A stretch of 64,000 bases of DNA from Geosiphon pyriformis uo1 (taxonomy: Eukaryota > Fungi > Glomeromycota). Positions 13,640-25,667 of this stretch are shown here, piece by piece. The first letter of the stretch is position 1. Each line of letters begins with the position of its first letter. The translations under genes were made by a program, and so were the position numbers. Under the pieces are notes generated by a model. The model saw only the letters and a list, made by a program, of their open reading frames with translations. It did not search any database and was not told the origin of the DNA. The stretch covers positions 1-64,000 of the forward strand of contig JAAOMT010000381.1 of NCBI GenBank assembly GCA_016748015.1, given 5' to 3'.

Positions 13640-14420
13640 TGTTATAAATAATTATTTAGGATATTAAAACAAATAATAAACTCATAATTTGGTGCTTAAT
13701 AGCTGAGAATATTGGTAATTTTTAAAGATTTTGGAATCTAAAGACTTTGGTTGAGTTTTTTGTATAATAAACAGAAAATTAATTAATGATTTCTTCTGTA
13801 AATTTTTTTTTCAGTATAATGACTAGTTTATTTTAACAGTTATGTTCTTCTAGTAAGTTATTTTTAAGTTTTTTACCCTTATTTTTGGGTTTTTTACCAA
13901 ACTATTTTTGATATCAAATACTTAGTACTTAATTTTTTTAATCAATTAGTAAACAACAAAAAAATTAGTATTTTGTTAATAGTTATAATTAAGAGTTATT
14001 ATTCCAATATAATTAAGTATTAGATTTTACTAACATAGAGTGTTAATAGTATGAAAGTGATTAATATTTTTTTAATCAAATAACAATAACATAGATTGGA
14101 TAATAATAAATAATTTTATTGATATAGAAATAATTTCATTTCAAGTTATAAAAAACTATCTTTTAAAGAAAGAAATAAGAGTAAGTAATTATTACTAGTT
14201 ATTGTTTTGTTGAAGTTAAATTTTTTATACTTTTTTTGCTTTTAATATTTTTACTATATATATATAATTTATGTTATACAAGATTCTTTGAAATCTTTCA
14301 ATTTTTTTGAAAAGAATTCTATAATTCTTTAAGAAAAATTCTATAATTTTTTTTTACTATGTTTATTTTCTAATTGGTTATTTTACCTACTATTATAATT
14401 TCTAATTTTTATGAATAATA
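13640..14420 (-). repeat. 3' LTR of Gypsy A copy 1
   Basis: Aligns by eye with 24197-25667 (minus its insert), 2119-2987 and 50091-50882. Confidence 0.9.
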
Positions 14421-14439
14421 TTATTTTTTCTTTTTAATA

Positions 14440-15155
14440 TTGAGCTTTGTCAAGATTTTTTAAATATCTTAAATCTTTCTTTTGAATTAGCTTTATAACT
14501 TTTTTTGAAAAATACTTAAATAATATTGGTCTACAATTTTTCAAATTAGGCATTGGTTATTTTTTCTTATTAGTTAATAGTTATCATGTTTATTGTTGTG
14601 TATAGCAATATTTTCAGACAGTCTTGGAATTTTATTTGTAACCAATATATTGTTTTTATCTGTGTAAATAAATTGTTTTTTTTCACAAATTGTTTAAGTT
14701 ATTGTAATATAGTTATGTTGAATATCTGTTTTATTTTATTCATATATAAATATTGAATATAAATATTTGTTCTAAGTAATAATAGCAAAAGTTTCTTGAA
14801 AATTGTTGTGTCTATTATTTCTAATTTTTTTTTGTTAACTTTTTATATGATACTATTGTTTTTGGTGTTTTTATGGATATTTTTACTTTTGTTATTATAT
14901 TTTTTATTATATTTTTATGTTTTTTATATACTCTATATTGTGTTTTATATTAGAATTTTTTTTTGTGTTTTTATATTGAATAATTTGTTAATTAATTGTA
15001 ATTTCTATGTTCAGTTTTTAATGTTTAATCAGTTAAAATAGTTGTTAGACTGATAAGTGAATATTATTAGTAATTTCTATCTTTTTATTTGCTTTTGTTA
15101 TATATATTGGTTCTTTATATACTGTTTTTATATATTAATTTAACATATTTGTGTT
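14440..15155 (-). pseudogene. Decayed extra ORF (ORF3) between integrase and 3' LTR, unknown function
   Basis: One frame reads MLN*YIKTVYKEPIYITKANKKIEI...RNNRHNNFQETFAIIT*NKYLYSIFIYE*NKTDIQHNYITIT*TICEKK; stops are mostly TAA/TAG, consistent with decayed Gln/Trp codons. Confidence 0.5.
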
Positions 15156-15249
15156 AATAATTATAATAAGTTTTAGATCTTAAAAATTTTATCTGGTTGG
15201 ATTAATATTTGTTGTACTTCTAGTAATAAAATATTACTGATAAATAATA

Positions 15250-16320
15250 ATACTATATTGTAATATGATTTTAGTCAATCTTTATATGCTGTTTTAGCTA
15301 AAATTTTGTTGTTTTATCTTAATTTATAAGCTTCATTTTCTAGAATTTTTTCAATGTGAAATGGTTTGTTTTATTTGAAGACAAATTTTTTACTTTATTG
15401 TTTTTTTACTTTAGTACAATATAAAAATACTTTGTTTTTAATTTTGAATTTGATTTATTTATCTGGTAACTGGTTATTATATCATTTTTTTTGTTTTGTT
15501 TATGACTTTTAAATATTATTAACTGTTTTTTACTTTTTGTTTTCTAAAGTTTCTATTAAGTTATATGTTTTTTTAATAATATTCTTTAAAAGTTAGCTTC
15601 TGTTATTGGTTCTATTAAATATGTATTGATATTTATCTCAACTGGTAATATTGTTGTTTTACTATAGACAAATTCAAATAATGTTACTTGTATAATATCT
15701 TGCTTCATTGTTTAATAAGCAAACAATACTAATAGTATAAACAAATCTTATTTGTTTTGGTTTTTTTGGTTGATTTTGGCTATTACTTTACACAATATTC
15801 TGTTAAATCTTTTAATTAAGCCATTTGTTTGTAAATAATATGATAATGATAATAGTCTTTTGATTCTAAATTTTTGATTTAATTCTGTTAATTTTTTGTT
15901 TACAAAGTAAGTTCTTTGGTTTAATAACAATTTTTTTGAACATCTATGTTAACAAATCAAATTTTGGTGTATAAATTTAGCTATAAATTCTGATCTGCTC
16001 TTTGAATTGCTTTTACTTTTGGTTATTATATAAGATAATTCATGGCTATTACTATATATTTATTGCTTCTGTTGGTTATAATTAATGGTTCTATTAAGCC
16101 AATTCTAATTTGATTGAATGATTGTTTTACTTTAATTGGTTTTAGCAGCTTACTGGGTTTTGTTTCTTCTTTTTTCTGACAAATATTACAATTTTAAACA
16201 TATTAGATAATATCTAAATATATTAATGACCAATAGTATGTTTTTTTGGTCTTTTTTTATGATTGCTTCTTTATAAAAATATTCTGTAGTTGGATCTGAA
16301 TATATTAAACAATATTTTTT
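15250..16320 (-). pseudogene. Gypsy integrase (decayed)
   Basis: NKYIVIAMNYLI; LSYYLQTNGLIKRFNRILCKVIAK (YHPQTNGLVERFN motif); HIEKILENEAYKL near the C-terminus. Confidence 0.88.
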
Positions 16321-16549
16321 TTTGGTTCTGTAATTACTCTAAATAACTGGTTCAAATATTTTCTGTTTTTCTAATATAATATATTTTAGTAAATAATAAA
16401 GTATTTTAATTGTTGTTTTATGTTTTGTTTTTTTTAAGATAATTTTTTCTTAAATTATTAAGTATTAATATAATATTAAAGTTGTTGATATTTTTGTGTA
16501 TTTATCTTTTGTTATATTTTTGGGTTGAAATGTTTAAATTTATTTTATT

Positions 16550-17900
16550 TATAATAAGCTATTGGTATTTCCATTTTTTCTCTTTTTATAATATATGATA
16601 TAATTAAATAGTGATAGTTCTATTTTCTATCTTGCATAATAATTATTTCTAAATTTTTGCTTCTGGATTAATATTAATTCTTTGTAATCAGTATATATAT
16701 CAAATTTTTGGCTTAAGTATTCTTTCTATTTTATAACAGTTTAATAGATAGCTAAATATTCTAATGCTAGAGTTTTATAGTTTTTGTCAGCTGGATTCAA
16801 ACTTTGGCTGATATATACTACTAGATGTTTTTGTTCATCAGCTTCTTTTTGTAACAATACAGCTTTTAATACTTGACTAAATACATCAGTAGTAATAATA
16901 AATAACTTGCTGTGATTTGAATATATTAGTACTAAAGTTTGAATAAGCTTTCTTTTTAAAATATTAAAAGCTTTTTGTTGAGTTTTACTCTATTTATATT
17001 TAAAATTTTCACTTGGAGCTGGTAAAGTGGTTAAGCCAGTTTAGAAAAGTTTTATATAAAGCAATAATAATATCTTACAAATTCCAAAAATGTTCTTAAT
17101 TTTGTAAAATTTGTTGGTACTTAAAAGTTTTTGACTATCTTGATCTTATTCAAATCTGTTTTTATGTCATTTTTGCTTACAACATGTCTTAAAAACTTGA
17201 GTTCAGTTTTTTCAAAGAAATACTTAATATTATTCAACTTTAGTCTGGCTCTTCTTAATTTTTCAAACACTTATTAGAAATAATGAAAATAATTATTAAA
17301 TGTTTTGGAGAATACATTGGTGTTATTTAAGTAAACTACTACTAATTTTTATAGTAATCTAATATAGATAATTTTTATAAGCCATTAAAAAGTAGCTGGA
17401 GTATTAGTTAAACCAAAAAACATAATATTGAATTCGAAATTTTTTTTTAATTGTAAATGCCATCTTCTTTTTATAAATTAAATTTATGGCTACTGCTTAT
17501 AGCTATTATCTAAATCTAATGTTGAAAACCATTTTTTTTTAAAAGCATTAAATAACTTCTGGATTTATAGAGTAGAATAGCTGTTTTTATGAGTAATACT
17601 ATTGAGTTTTTAGTAGTCTACACAAAAATGGATTTTTTTATTTTTTTCCAGACAAGTATTACTGATAATAATCATAAACTTATTAATAATTGAATTAACT
17701 TGTTGTTTAATATTCTGTTGATTTTTTGTTAGATAATTTTATGGCTAGTTGATAGTACTCTGTATGCTTTTTATTTAATTAACATTATATTTCCAGTTTT
17801 AATCTGGTGTTGGATAATATTAATTCTGCAAAATTTGTTTTTACTGGCAAAAATATTAGTAAACTTATTAAGTAGTATTTTGAATTACATATGTTAAAAT
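16550..17900 (-). pseudogene. Gypsy reverse transcriptase + RNase H (decayed)
   Basis: HFCVDY*KLNSIT; FSTLDLDNSY; FNIMFFGLTNTPATF; VVYLNNTNVFS (YLDD decayed, 17324-17335); FIITTDVFSQVLKAVLLQ...VVYISQSLNPADKNY. Confidence 0.92.
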
Positions 17901-18349
17901 AGATTTAAATTCCCTAAGTTCATTTGTTTTAATTGTTTTGATTATAACAAATAGTATTTTTCTCATTTATATATAGTTTGTGATGTAATATCTATATATT
18001 CACAAAGTTGTGAAAAGTCTGAAATAATAGTGGATACTTGATTCTCAACTTTAATGTTTAAGTATCTAATAATAATTCTATTTAGTATTTTTATAAAGTC
18101 TTTAATTGTGTTATATATTGGAATCTTGATTTATTTGTGGTTTTTGGCTAGTATATAAAAATTGATAATGGTAATTTTTCTTAATTTACAAATAATAGCT
18201 TATATTTTAAAAATCTGGAGCTAATTTTTCACTTTTTTTTTTATAGTTAACATATGTTAATTATATAATAAAATAAAAATAAATTGATTAATAAAAATAA
18301 TTTTTTCCTTATTAATTGTTTTTTTTCTGTTATATTAACTAATATCTTT

Positions 18350-19625
18350 ATTTTATTCATGAATCTAAAATTTTTTATCTTTATTGCTATAATCCATAAC
18401 TTTTTTTATTTCTTATTAATATTAATTGAGCTATTTTAACCAGAAACAAAAATATTGCTTGTGTTATTTTTTTATTTGGTTTAATTATGTATAATTTTTT
18501 TGAGTTATTTTGTAGTATTACAATAATATTTTTTATATATCTTGTGTCAATTATTTCTTTTTTAATATTAATTTTTTTTATTAAATTAAATCTAAAAACT
18601 AATTAAACTATTATTATTGCTGAAATTTTCAGTTCTATTTTTAGATCTATACTAGTGTGTGAATAAAGTTCTAATTAGATAACAGTTTTTTCTAAATATC
18701 TAAAATTAAACTTTGTATTGATATTATGTATGTTGTTACAAATAATTATTTGGGGTCTTAAAGCAGATAACAAATCTATAACTTGGTATTTAATTGGTAT
18801 TCTGGTGTTGATATCTGAAGGTTTGATTGATCTGAAAGTTTTGGTATAGAGTTTTTTGTATAATGGACAGAGATTTAATAGTTGTTTCAGTAGTCTTTTG
18901 GAATTGCAATTCCATCGAATTTTTTTCTCAACATGATGGCTGGTAATCTTTCTGATAAGCTATCCTCAAATCTATGAGTGTTCTATCCTTGTTTCACGAG
19001 TCTTTTACCAGTTCCTATGACATCTTTAACTCAGTGTTTTAATCTTTAATTAATTAGTTAATTAAAAAAAAATACAGAAAAAATAAAAAAAAATAAAGAA
19101 GATAAAAAAATAAACAAAAAAAATTGCAAGTTAGTATCTCGTCAATAGCTGTAATCAAGAGCTATTGTTCCAGTGTGATTAAGTATCAATTACTATCAAC
19201 ATAAAGTGTTGATAGTGGAGAGTAAATTAAGATAGTGAATAATTATTTATTGATATTTGTGACTGGAAAATTGCTTAGATCAGATTTAAATTGGGAGGTT
19301 TCTAACTAAAAGATTCTGCCTTTTCTACTTCTATCACTACTGTTATATATACATAATTGAGATTCCTCAATTTCTCAATTTTTCACACCAGGAATCCTGT
19401 AATTCCTTTGAAAGAAATTCTAGAATTCTAAAATTCTGTAATTTTTTGTACGAGAATTTCGAAATTCCTGGAATCCTGCAATTTCTTTTGAGTAGAATCC
19501 TGGCATTCTACATTTACTACAGTTACTTCTAATTGGTTAATTTATGTGCTAATATACTTCTTATGTTTTATGAGTAACAATGTATTCTAGTATAATATTC
19601 TTATTATTATGACTAAACTATTTAA
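18350..19625 (-). pseudogene. dut: Retroelement-encoded dUTPase (decayed), split by a solo LTR
   Basis: After removing 18734-19579 the frame reads HNINTKFNFRY...EIIDTRYIKNIIVILQN...KKITQAIFL...KNFRFM, i.e. decayed motifs AGFDL, GIID.GY.G, KIAQ and GFGS; colinear with 60750-61175. Confidence 0.78.
18734..19579 (-). mobile_element. Solo LTR, family A (relatively less decayed)
   Basis: TGTTACA...GTAACA; perfect TSD ATGT (18730-18733 and 19580-19583). Confidence 0.93.
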
Positions 19626-20233
19626 GTTTTTGTTTTTTTAAGAGATCTAAAAGTGTAATATATTGTTTGGAGTTTTTATTAGAATTTGAATTCTCATTGT
19701 TGTTATTACTATTGTAAATAGAATTGGAATTATTATTGTCATTATTCTTAAAGTCTAAATTATAATTGAATTTCAATTCCAATTTCAATATACATTTATT
19801 AATTGGTTTTTTTTTGAAAATTGAATAAATTATATATAGTGGCAGATTATAAATAAGATTATAATCATTACAATATTTAAAATTACTAGAAATTAAACAA
19901 TATTTACAAAGTCTAGTATTTAATTGTTTTAACTGCTGTTTTTTACTCTTTTTTAGTAAGTGCTAAATCTTAGTAATATTTATAGAATTGCTCTGGATTG
20001 CTTATAATGTTAATAAATGTATTTGGATTGAAAATAAAAACAGTCTTAACAGATTTTGGTAAGTTGTTTTTAATTATCAATATTTTGCTTGGTAAAATAT
20101 TTGATTTTGACATTTGTTATTTGTCAGATTTCATTTTTATTGTGTAGATAACTGTTTAAGCATGAAAGTATTTAGTTTTATACAGTATTAAAAGGCATTT
20201 TTCTGCTTATTTAGCTGTTAATAAGAATTATGT

Positions 20234-20962
20234 TGTTATAAGTTAGAGTAACAAGTTAATGGATAGCAAGAGAAAACAAATTATAGAGTAATAAAAGAAA
20301 TAAAAAAAAAATTCAACTTCAAAGAGTGAATTAAATGAGCATAGATTCAATATGTGAGATCAGTCTTATAAAATATCTCAGTTGCTATACTTTTCAAAAA
20401 ATAACCAAAAATTTGAAAGTAGAGAGATAATTTATACTGTTAATAAATAATCACACACTAGTATAATTCTATGTTTTACATTGGCACTTTTAGAATTCAA
20501 TATCAGGTATCAAATGTATTCTTCTGTCACATTTTATTTAATAATTTTCAAATGCCAACAATTACATGTTTCAAAAAAAAAATAGGGAATAACTAACAAG
20601 TAATTTTTTATCTCAAATGTTCAGATACTTGAAAGTAGGAAAAGAAAAATTAATAATAAGAAAAGAATTAAGATGAAACTTGTTATTTTATTTCTTTGAT
20701 TTCTTTGATTTTTGATATGTTTTGTTTTCTGACATGCTTTTTTATAGCTAAGAGATTTATTGCTTATATAGTTATCAAAAGTGGTTAATGATTAGGTCAA
20801 TAATTAGATCAATGATCAGGTCAATAATTAGATCAATGATTAGATCAATGATTAAATCAATGGTCACATTGATTACTATCTAAAAATAAGATAGCTAATT
20901 ATGTGACATCAATGGCTAATACATATAATAACTAATAAAAAGTATGAGTTTTAATCATAATA
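20234..20962 (-). mobile_element. Solo LTR, family C
   Basis: Highly similar to 24328-25007 and 53630-54353; TSD ATGT/ATAT; strand taken from the copy attached to internal sequence at 54354. Confidence 0.9.
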
Positions 20963-21473
20963 ATATATTGACACAAAATATTACATATTTTTTCTCATTC
21001 AAAAATATTTTCACATTTTTTTGTTAAGTAAGATTTTTTTACAAGTAAAACATAATTTGTTGTCTTATTTTCTTTGTTATTTTGGATAATCAAAGTGTTT
21101 TCTTTAACATGGTTTACAATAGTAGTGGGTACATATCTAGTAGTTTTTTTCTAGTAAAATTCAAGCTTTTATAAATGAAAGCTTTTTTTTGTATTCAATA
21201 CATTTAAAAGAAATATAAGATAGCTTTTTTTTTAATTCTGTTAAATATAAAACATTTCAATTGTCTTTTATGAAAATAGTGGTTTAAAGTTTTTTATCTT
21301 TTTTTTTGTTGTTTTAAAATAAGATTAACAATAATTTATTGTAATTATTATCAGCTTATAAGACTTGATAAGCTTTTCAGATAGGTTTTTTTTATTTTTT
21401 GAAGTCAATTAATAGTAATTAAATAGTAATATTTGTTTTAAAGTAGCCACAAGCAACTGGCATCTGAGTTTGC

Positions 21474-21538
21474 TAACTATCTTAACTGAGCTGTAACTAT
21501 CTTAACTAAGCTGTAATTATCTTAACTGAGCTGTAACT
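21474..21538. repeat. Tandem triplication of a 20-bp unit (TAACTATCTTAACTGAGCTG)
   Basis: Three near-identical adjacent copies at the end of the protease region of Gypsy A copy 1. Confidence 0.9.
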
Positions 21539-21559
21539 TTTATGTAGTCCAGTCAAATA

Positions 21560-24150
21560 CAATATTGGTCTTGGACAACCAGTTATTACTAATAAAAACT
21601 TGGTATTGTGTAGTTTCTATAACTAGAACTTTGATTAGCATAATAATATTATTAATTTTAAAAAAAAATCGTTAATTTTATTAATAAAAGTTTTTGTTAC
21701 TCCATTAACTGTAATAATTTTAGCACTGGCAGCATGATCAACTTGAAAACTTAATTGGTTTATGAGTTGTTATATAATAATACTGCTTGTTAATCTACTA
21801 TTAAAAATTAGCTTAATAGATTGGTTATTAATTTTGATATTAGTATACATAACAGTAATTGATTTGGTATCAAGAATAAGTTCACTAAAAAAAGATATTA
21901 TTGAGAATTTTTCTAATTTAAAAGAGAAAATAACTGTAAATAACTCGTTTTAGTAATTGTTGCTAGTAGAATATTGTTGGTGAATAATATTAAATTGGTT
22001 TCTAAGTTGTTAAATAGATTGTTTTCTGAAGTAATCAAGAGGCTTAAATAATTCTGCAAATTTGGATTTTAGGTGTGTCTATTTTTTAAATTTTTTGAGT
22101 ACAATCTTGATGCTTAATTTGAAGAATTGGGAATTGGTTGGTGCATAATCATTACTAATTTTCAATTTTGTTGTCTAAATAATTTTAATTTTTAGTTTTT
22201 GGTTAATATTGGCACAGTATTTTGTGACAGCACTTGAATTTGTTAGAGTTAATAGATAATTTGTGGCTGTAGTTAATATATTATTGGTGTTAGAGTCTAA
22301 TATACTAAAAGTAAATATATTAGTTGTTATATTATTGGTGTATAATATAATTGATATTAATATAATTTTAATGACAAATTGTTAACATAATTTTGGATTT
22401 AAAACCTGTAATTAGAGTTTTAATATTAATTTTCCAATTATGAATTATTAAATCTAAAGTGGCAATCTGCTTTTAAATAGTTTTGTTTACTATAATAGTA
22501 ACAATTATGTGTTTTTTGTTGTCATAGTTGATTTGATAATGACAATAATATTAAATACAACTGATTTTAGAAATAATTAGAGTTTTTTGGTTGTTATAAT
22601 ATTAAGAAGATTAACCAATTGCCTGATTATTAACTAAGTATTTTTTAATTTTCTGATTAATAACTTTGCCAAATTGCTTTAATTTGGTATTTAATTTAAA
22701 TGATTTATTCATTATTAAATTTATGACTTGGACATAGTTGGCTTTAAGCTTAGCCAATTCAAAATTTTTGGCATATATAACTGTGTTTTGGAGAGTATTC
22801 AAGTACTTTGGACATATTTATTGTAAAAAACTACTGTATAATTCACAAATAAATTGATTTAAAATTTGTAATACTATAAAATAGTCAGCATTAATTGCTT
22901 AGATTTGGTGCAAATTTCTGTAAAAAAATCTTAAATAAGTAGAAACTGCTTTAAAATTATCTTGTTTAATTATAATAAAACTAATTAACAAGCAATTAAT
23001 ACTATTATTATTGCTAAAATATTGTAGAAACATGGTTTTGAATGTGTTAAAATCTTAAGATTTGTTTACAAGCTTTTAATATTACGAGTTAACAGTATTC
23101 TGGAAAAAATATAAGATGGCTTAAAATGCTTTAGCATTATTTTATTCATTGGCTGCAATGGTTTTTTTCATATTGTTTAGTCATACTTGAGTATTATTTT
23201 CTTTATTTGTGAATTTTTTTAGTTTGATGATAGATATATATGTTATTATTATAAGTTATTATTGTTATAGTTATTACTGAAGTTGTTGTTAAGATTGTTA
23301 TAATTGTGTGGCAATTAATACAACTGGTAGATTGATTATAATAACTGAAGATAAGTTTTGCTGAAAAATAAAAGCAGAGTTTAGATTGTTCAGGTTTTGT
23401 GGAGTTTAAACAATCAGAGTTTGTACTTTTAAGTTATTTAAGATCAAATTTTAATTATTATTTTTCTGATTACTGTCTTTTTTTTTTCTGATTTAGAATC
23501 TTTTCAATAACTGGTTGATTTGAAATTTGATTGAAGTAATAATAATTGAGATCTTGATAGTATTGTTAATTATAATTTAAATCTTTCAAAAAAATTGCCA
23601 TAAATTTTTAATAGTTGGTTTTTTCTTAATTATTTTGAAATAGTATTCTAGATAATAGTATTTTTGCCATTAACATTGATATAAATCTGAATAATATGTG
23701 TATAATATTTCTTAATGTATAATTGTATAACAGATAAATGAGTGAAATAATTCTTGGTTTTTTTCAAGTAAGTATTTGTATTTTTTTTGGTGTTTTTGCT
23801 GGAGTTTGTAATTTTTTTTTGTCTGCAAAATAATAAAAAATCTTTATGGTGTGTATTTTTTAATTTTTTTGTTTATTTTTGTAATTAATAATACAAATAA
23901 ATAATTTGGTAGAAGTGTAGTGCTTTGTAATAATTGATTATAGAAATTCCTAAAGACAGCTTTTAGATTTTCTTGGTTTTTTAAGTAGAATTTAATTTTT
24001 TTATTGACATAGAAATTAAAAGCTAATTTTGTTAACTAATGATTTTTTGTTAATTTAAGATAAGTTTAATAATATTAAAATAAAAATTTTGTAAATTCTA
24101 AATGATTTTTTCATGATTTCTTGGTCTGCTACTTTTCTGAATAGTTAATG
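21560..24150 (-). pseudogene. Gypsy gag (retrotransposon gag core + CCHC knuckle) and aspartic protease (decayed)
   Basis: YTSIIKLKKFTNKENNTQV*LNNM...LQILNQFICEL; CYYYSKQNYLKADC knuckle (~22460-22505); VMYTNIKINNQSIKLIFNSRLTSSII (LxxDSGS decayed, ~21780-21855). Confidence 0.82.
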
Positions 24151-24196
24151 TTGATGCTGATTTTCTGTTAGATTATATTTCACAAAGAGCACTAAA

Positions 24197-25667
24197 TATT
24201 ACAAGTGATTATTTAAGGTGTTAAAAAAAATAACAAATTCATAATTTAGTGCTTAATAACTAAAAATTTTGGTAATTTTTAAAGATTTTGAAGTCTAAAT
24301 ATTTTGGTTAAGTTCTTTATATAATAGTGTTACAAGTTAGAGTAACAAGTTAATGGATAGCAAAGGAAAACAAAATTGTAGGGTGATAAAAGAAATCAAA
24401 GGAAATTCAACTTCAAAGAGTAAATTGAATAAGTATGAATTTAATGTGTGAGATCAGTTTCATAAAATATCTCAGTCGCTATACTTTTTAAAAGAATACC
24501 AGAGAATCTGAAAATAGAGAAATAGTCTATACTGTCAACAAATGATCACACACTGATATAATTCTATGTCTTATGTCAGCACTCTTAGAATTCAATATTA
24601 GGTATTAGATGTACTCTTCAGTTATGTTTTATTCAATAATCTTCAAATGCTGCAATTACATGTTTCAAGAAAAAAGTAAGAAATAACCAACAAGTAATCT
24701 TTTATCACAAGATGTTCAGATACTTAAAAGTAAGAAAAGAGAAATTAGCAATAAAAGAATAATTGAGATGAAAGTTGTTATTTTATTTATTTGATTTTTT
24801 TGATTTTTACATGTTTTTTTACAGCTAAGAAATTCATTGCTTATATAGCTGTCAAAAGTGATTAATAATCAGGTCAATAATTAGGTCAACGGTCAAGTTA
24901 TTAATCAGATTAATAATTATTTTCTAAAAATAGAATGGCTAATTTATATGACATCAATGGCTAATACATATGATAATTAATAAAAAGTATAAGTTTCAAT
25001 CATAACAATAGATAGAGATTTAATTAATGGTTTTTTCTGTGAATTTTTTTTTTAGCATGATAACCAGTTTATTTTAGCAGTTGTGCTCTTTTAATAAGCC
25101 ATTCTTAAGTTTTCTACTTTTATTCTCAGATTTTTTACCAAATTATTCTTAATATCAAATACTTACCACTTAATTCTTTTAATTAATTAGTAAACAATAA
25201 AAAAATAAAACAAAAAAAAATAAAAAATTAGTATTCTATTAATAGTCATAATCAAGAGCTATTGTTTTAGTGTGATTAATATTGAATTTTATTAATATGG
25301 AGTATTAATAGTATAAAAGTGATTAATATTTTTTTAATTAAGTAATGATAATATAGATTGAATAATAATAGATAATTTTATTAATATAAGAATAATTCTA
25401 CTTTAAATTATAAAAAACTATCTTTTAAAGAAAAAAATAAAGATAAGTAATTATTATTAGCTATTATTTTATTAAAGTCAAATTTCTCATACTTTTTCTG
25501 CTTTTAATACTTTTACCATATATATAATTTATGTTATATAAAATTTCTTAAAATTTTTTAATTCTTTTAAAAGAAATTCTGGAATTTTGGAATTTTTTTT
25601 TTTATTATACTTATTTCTAATTGGCTATTTTACTTATTATTATAATTCCTAATTTCTATGAGTAATA
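24197..25667 (-). repeat. 5' LTR of Gypsy A copy 1 (contains a family C solo LTR)
   Basis: Adjacent PBS at 24181-24194; pairs with 13640-14420. Confidence 0.9.
24328..25007 (-). mobile_element. Solo LTR, family C
   Basis: TGTTACA...CATAACA; perfect TSD ATAG (24324-24327 and 25008-25011). Confidence 0.93.

Larger units (their letters stand above)
13640..25667 (-). mobile_element. Full-length decayed Ty3/Gypsy, family A copy 1: LTR-PBS-gag-PR-Cys-rich-dUTPase-RT-RH-IN-ORF3-PPT-LTR
   Basis: 5' LTR 24197-25667 and 3' LTR 13640-14420; perfect TSD GTGT (13636-13639 and 25668-25671); PBS 24181-24194; purine tract 14421-14436. About 9.8 kb after subtracting three nested solo LTRs. Confidence 0.92.

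Noticed and set aside
14796-15041. Hydrophobic 81-aa plus-strand ORF as a possible env/TM protein
   Set aside because: Antisense to an A-rich decayed segment of the Gypsy 3' region; the hydrophobicity is a by-product of T-richness.
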